From a candidate division WOR-3 bacterium (GTDB lineage Bacteria > Hydrothermota > Hydrothermia > Hydrothermales > Hydrothermaceae), in NCBI GenBank assembly GCA_039803745.1, contig JBDRZD010000033.1, positions 1-20,387 on the forward strand: 20,387 bases of DNA, given 5' to 3'. Made by a program: the position numbers and the translations under genes. A model generated the notes under the pieces. The model saw only the letters and a program-made list of their open reading frames with translations, searched no databases and was not told the origin of the DNA. Each line of letters begins with the position of its first letter. Positions within the stretch are counted from its first letter, which is position 1. Below, piece after piece: positions 16,859 to 20,387 of this stretch.

Positions 16859-17761
16859 TTAACCCCCTCCATACATATACATATTTATAAATAATCCATT
16901 CTTTATTTCTTCCACAATCCTTTCAATTCTTTTCTCTTGATTCTTTTCTATCTCCAAAAATTTCAGCAGTCCTCTCCAATCCATTTTAAAAACTCTTTCT
17001 AAAAAATCCAGCAGCTCATTTTTGGTCATCAATTCTCTTTTTAATTGATTTGCCTGAAAAGCAGCATTAATAACTTTGCCAAAATCCATCACACCTTTAT
17101 TTTTTTCCACAAATTCTTTTAAACATTTAAAAATATCTTCAAGTCCAAAAATAAATTCTGTGGTCAATTCCTCGTCATTTAAGGGTATCATTTTTATAAT
17201 TCCATTTTTATATTCAAAACCCCTCAAAATAATTTCTAATTCAAATTTCACATAATAATTACCTGAATCCGCCAATTTAAATCTGTTAGGATAAAAAAAA
17301 CGGTCCGTTTCCCGACCACTAATCTTAAGAATTTTCACAACTAAATTGTGCTTCCTCCACTCGCTTGGACAGAATGAATCTGGCAGAATAATTAAGAATC
17401 TCATTTTTTTAAAACACAACTCCTTTATAATTCTTAAATTTGTTAAAATCCACCATTCATAATTTAGGAGAGGGAAAATGTATTCTTCATTTTTAAACCT
17501 TTCAGTTTTATATTCATCACCCAGATCGCATATATAAGTTTCTTCTTTTAAACTATTGTATAAAATCAAATAAGGTAAGAAATTTCTTCGCAACAGGTCT
17601 ATTAAGTTTCTGACTCTCCTTCCTTCTTCTCCTGATATTACAATCCATAACCCATAATTTTTCACTAAAACCATATCACCTCTTATCTCCTCTCTATAAT
17701 TTATTCTATTACTTTCAAAAATTTCTTTTACTGCTTCAATATATTTTGACCTTTCTCCCAT
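16859..17761 (-). CDS. Hypothetical protein (300 aa), third gene of the AAA/vWA operon
   Basis: Long ORF with SD AAGGAG overlapping the vWA stop. No family recognised with confidence. Confidence 0.8.
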   Translation of the reverse strand: MGERSKYIEAVKEIFESNRINYREEIRGDMVLVKNYGLWIVISGEEGRRVRNLIDLLRRNFLPYLILYNSLKEETYICDLGDEYKTERFKNEEYIFPLLNYEWWILTNLRIIKELCFKKMRFLIILPDSFCPSEWRKHNLVVKILKISGRETDRFFYPNRFKLADSGNYYVKFELEIILRGFEYKNGIIKMIPLNDEELTTEFIFGLEDIFKCLKEFVEKNKGVMDFGKVINAAFQANQLKRELMTKNELLDFLERVFKMDWRGLLKFLEIEKNQEKRIERIVEEIKNGLFINMYMYGGG

Positions 17762-17775
17762 CTAAGTATTCTCCT

Positions 17776-18897
17776 TTAAAGACCATTAAATTCTTTCTCC
17801 TTTTTATATCTTACAGTTATTCCAAAGGGAGCTTCCTTTTTTTCCTTTGTAATCCATAAAACCGGAAATGGCGGGGCTTTCTCAGGAAAATTTCCCATTA
17901 AATCTGTGAAGAATACAAGAGGAAGTATGATTCTTTTCTCTTCAAGATATTTAAATACAGGTCTAAAATCTGTTCCACCTCTACCAGTTATTTCAATAAC
18001 TTCCGGCAATTTATCAGGATATTTTATTTCTTCTACTTTTTGAATTTTAACATCATTCTGAACTAAATAAATATGATAAAAATTAAAAGAATTTAAAATA
18101 CCGTTAATTTCGCTGAAGAAATCCTTTAAATCGCTACTTGTAATTGAACCTGAAGTATCCACTGCCACAACTAACTTCAAAATCTTTTGCCTTCTCGTTG
18201 GATAAATAATATCATAAGCAAGATATCTTCTGTTAGGTCTTGTCCAATCTGTCTTTATCCTTACATTCTGGATTAAAAATTTAGCCAGCATAATCCTCCA
18301 GTTAATTTTTGGCTCCCTTAATTCATCAATTAACTCCTCCAACCATTCCGGGAAATCACCTTTTAATTTTGCTTCATTCCAAGCATCAATCAAAATTCTT
18401 CTATATTTTTCCTCTGTTTCTTGTGCATTTCTACTATCACAAAAATAATGATCATCAAATCCTTGGGGGTAAAAATATGCAAAATTTTTAAGCAAAAGCC
18501 TATAATACTCCTCTGCTGACAGACATTCTTTAAAACCAAACCTTTCAGGAAATAATGAATTTTCTTTGAGTCTATCAATTTTAAATCCCATCTTCAAAAG
18601 CATAGAATTAATCGCGAGGTCAGTTGCTATATTCCATAAAAATCTTTCTCTTTGACCAAGCCTTGTAAAATGACATAGAGCAATATGCAAAATTTCATGA
18701 AGAATAACAAAAACTCTATCAGATTCACTTAGTTCTTTAAACCAGTTCGGATTTACCTTAAAGCGTCCGTCCCCATAAACACAAGCAGTGGGTATATTCA
18801 TTTCTTCTTCAAAAACAGTTTCTAATAATAACTTTCTGAAAAAAGGGTGTTCCATCACCACTTTTACAATTGCCCTTTCAAATTCCTTTGTTCTCAT
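17776..18897 (-). CDS. DUF2201-type protein: N-terminal putative metallopeptidase (HExxH) + C-terminal vWA-like domain
   Basis: HPFF..L, PTACV, VILHEILHIALCH..R, WNIATDLAIN, LSAEEYY, WTRPNRR, VAVDTSGSI, GRGGTDFRPVF and FFTDLMG match the DUF2201_N/DUF2201 pattern. Confidence 0.9.
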   Translation of the reverse strand: MRTKEFERAIVKVVMEHPFFRKLLLETVFEEEMNIPTACVYGDGRFKVNPNWFKELSESDRVFVILHEILHIALCHFTRLGQRERFLWNIATDLAINSMLLKMGFKIDRLKENSLFPERFGFKECLSAEEYYRLLLKNFAYFYPQGFDDHYFCDSRNAQETEEKYRRILIDAWNEAKLKGDFPEWLEELIDELREPKINWRIMLAKFLIQNVRIKTDWTRPNRRYLAYDIIYPTRRQKILKLVVAVDTSGSITSSDLKDFFSEINGILNSFNFYHIYLVQNDVKIQKVEEIKYPDKLPEVIEITGRGGTDFRPVFKYLEEKRIILPLVFFTDLMGNFPEKAPPFPVLWITKEKKEAPFGITVRYKKEKEFNGL

Positions 18898-18912
18898 TTG
18901 TTTTTCGTTAAT

Positions 18913-19953
18913 TTAAAGCAGAGAATCAAAATATGCTTCTCTTAATTCATTATAAAATTTGCTTTTTCTAAGCATTAAACCTCTTTCTCCATCTCTAAGA
19001 ATCAAATTCAATATATACGAACCATACTCAACAAAATTTTTTCTAATATCAAGTAAGATTTTCGCAACATTATCTATATGTCTTTGATTTTTAGGTCTTA
19101 AACCTAAAGCAGTTGAGATAGCCCACCACATAGAGGTTTTTTCGCGAGATGGAAAATCTATCTCCCCTGTCTCTAAGGCTTTTTCTATATCAGGTAACTC
19201 CCTGTATACTTCTAAAAAGGCTACAAAATCAGCAGCAACAGGACCTCCTACTGCCCAAGCAACCGTTTCAACATTTTTTGTCAATTTCCAGATTATGTCT
19301 GCAAACTCCCATGTTCTTGGACAGGGATAAGCAATTGAAACCCTGTCAGGCTTTATGTTAATAAAATTCTCGGGTCTATATTTCAAATAAGCAATTATTT
19401 CTTCAGATATTCCTTTCTTTACCGCCCATTCAATCCATATATCAAGATCTGGTTCTACTTCTATATGGATAAATCTTGAAACTAATGGATCAGGTATTTC
19501 AAATACATTAACTGCATCCTCCTTTCTATTCCCTGCTGCTAATACATACCAGCCATCAGGAAGTTTATAATTTCCAACTCTTCTATCAAGAACAAGTTGA
19601 TATGCTGTTGCCTGAATTGAAAGGTCTGCTAAATTCAACTCATCTAAAAAAAGAAAACCTTTTCCATCCTTTGGAAAAAATTCAGGAATCCACCAGACCA
19701 ATCTTTTTGTCTCCTTATCTGGAAATGGAATACCCCTTAAATCAGCAGGGTCAATCTGAGCAAGCCTTAAATCTATAACTTTTAAATTATATTCTTTTGC
19801 CACTTCCCTAATAACTGTTGACTTGCCAACACCCGGTGGTCCCCATATAAAAAGTGCTGGTATTTCAAATGCTTTTCCTTCCTGTACTTTCTTTGCTATC
19901 TCTATCAATAAATCTTTTAATCCCTTTATGTTTACTGAGTTACTTCTTCTCAA
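18913..19953 (-). CDS. MoxR-related AAA+ ATPase (DUF2201-associated type)
   Basis: Walker A WGPPGVGKS, DLRLAQIDPADLRGIP, Walker B LFLDELNLA, AAGNR, LVSRF and CPRTWE. TTG start with SD AGGAGG. Confidence 0.92.
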   Translation of the reverse strand: MRRSNSVNIKGLKDLLIEIAKKVQEGKAFEIPALFIWGPPGVGKSTVIREVAKEYNLKVIDLRLAQIDPADLRGIPFPDKETKRLVWWIPEFFPKDGKGFLFLDELNLADLSIQATAYQLVLDRRVGNYKLPDGWYVLAAGNRKEDAVNVFEIPDPLVSRFIHIEVEPDLDIWIEWAVKKGISEEIIAYLKYRPENFINIKPDRVSIAYPCPRTWEFADIIWKLTKNVETVAWAVGGPVAADFVAFLEVYRELPDIEKALETGEIDFPSREKTSMWWAISTALGLRPKNQRHIDNVAKILLDIRKNFVEYGSYILNLILRDGERGLMLRKSKFYNELREAYFDSLL

Positions 19954-19980
19954 ATTTCCCTCCTTTTAATTTCATCTTTT

Positions 19981-20009
19981 ATTATATACCACTTTTCCCT
20001 TTTTGTCAA
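19981..20009 (-). promoter_or_regulatory. Perfect-consensus sigma70 promoter TTGACA-17-TATAAT for the AAA/vWA operon
   Basis: Plus-strand ATTATA at 19981-19986 and TGTCAA at 20004-20009, 17-nt spacer, 27 nt upstream of the TTG start. Confidence 0.8.
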
Positions 20010-20310
20010 GTTTATCAACACTCTTTTAACTCTAAACCCCGGGAATCCTAAACCTTTTATAATTTTTTTAGCCATAAATAAGTTCATAGGAAAAATTTAA
20101 AGCTTTCCATTGACAAATTATGACAAAACCAAAAAAGTGATAAAATAAAAAATCAAAAATAGTTTAAAATCGCTCTTTGACAAATTGCTATTTATCTTGA
20201 AACTTTAAAAAGATAGGAAAAACATCATAAGGAACATTATAAACTTCATTTAAATAAAAGATTGCTTTCTGGGTCTGAATGTCTTTAATCTTCATTCTTT
20301 GGATAAAGCA

Positions 20311-20387
20311 TTATAATTTTTCCAGGATTTTCTCAAGATAAGAAATAAGTGTTTCAGCATTCTTTTTATCCTCATCAAACATTTCTT
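20311..20387 (-). CDS. Probable 3' end of a gene entering from beyond the window (partial)
   Basis: Open frame ..EMFDEDKKNAETLISYLEKILEKL* with protein-like composition, ending at TAA 20313-20311. Too short to identify. Confidence 0.45.
   Translation of the reverse strand, partial: EMFDEDKKNAETLISYLEKILEKL

Noticed and set aside
247..19361. Numerous short ORFs in the track that are antisense or out-of-frame within long genes (e.g. 247-468, 2360-2686, 2940-3209, 4464-4766, 12866-13129, 13790-14068, 16387-16584, 19149-19361)
   Set aside because: They lie within well-supported genes, have no recognisable motifs, and are the expected shadow ORFs.
15849..19972. Identical 17-mer TTCCCTCCTTTTAATTT at 15849-15865 and 19956-19972, a possible att/direct repeat flanking the 16-20 kb block
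   Set aside because: Both copies are the Shine-Dalgarno plus AT-rich leader of a gene, and no integrase is present; the RBS explanation is sufficient.
20032..20054. CTAAACC direct repeat flanking a CCCGGG palindrome
   Set aside because: Short, only two copies and no independent support; may be chance.
20188..20295. 35-aa minus-strand ORF (MKIKDIQTQKAIFYLNEVYNVPYDVFPIFLKFQDK)
   Set aside because: No clear SD or motif and too short to support without homology or translation data.

Overview
AT-rich bacterial chromosomal segment, gene-dense and mostly on the minus strand. Secreted proteins with T9SS-type C-terminal sorting domains and K/E-rich proteins suggest a diderm FCB-related lineage such as WOR-3/Hydrothermae, possibly thermophilic (inference only). 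From left to right: (i) a translationally coupled TIGR00725/SLOG - 4x zf-TFIIB - MFS transporter operon; (ii) a compact module in which an HTH-WYL regulator (coupled to an MscS channel) is transcribed divergently from a coupled MoxR-type AAA+ ATPase - HExxH/vWA protein - stand-alone WYL operon, across a 58-bp spacer with two apparently leaderless promoters and a TGACA-N5-TGTCA palindrome; (iii) a sulfotransferase-like gene; (iv) secreted/surface genes: an SLT-like + Amidase_2 peptidoglycan hydrolase, a small beta-barrel-like protein, a 1410-aa protein with 14 Ig-like repeats, and a homopolymer-frameshifted gene; (v) a second, unrelated AAA+ ATPase - DUF2201-type HExxH/vWA operon with an orphan and an unannotated 56-aa C4 zinc-finger gene, under a perfect sigma70 promoter whose upstream region carries several TGACAAA motifs matching the WYL-locus half-site. 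No rRNA, tRNA, CRISPR array, integrase or transposase was recognised. The best candidate for an undescribed system is the WYL-regulated AAA+/metallopeptidase-vWA/WYL module, possibly co-regulated with the second AAA+/vWA operon.
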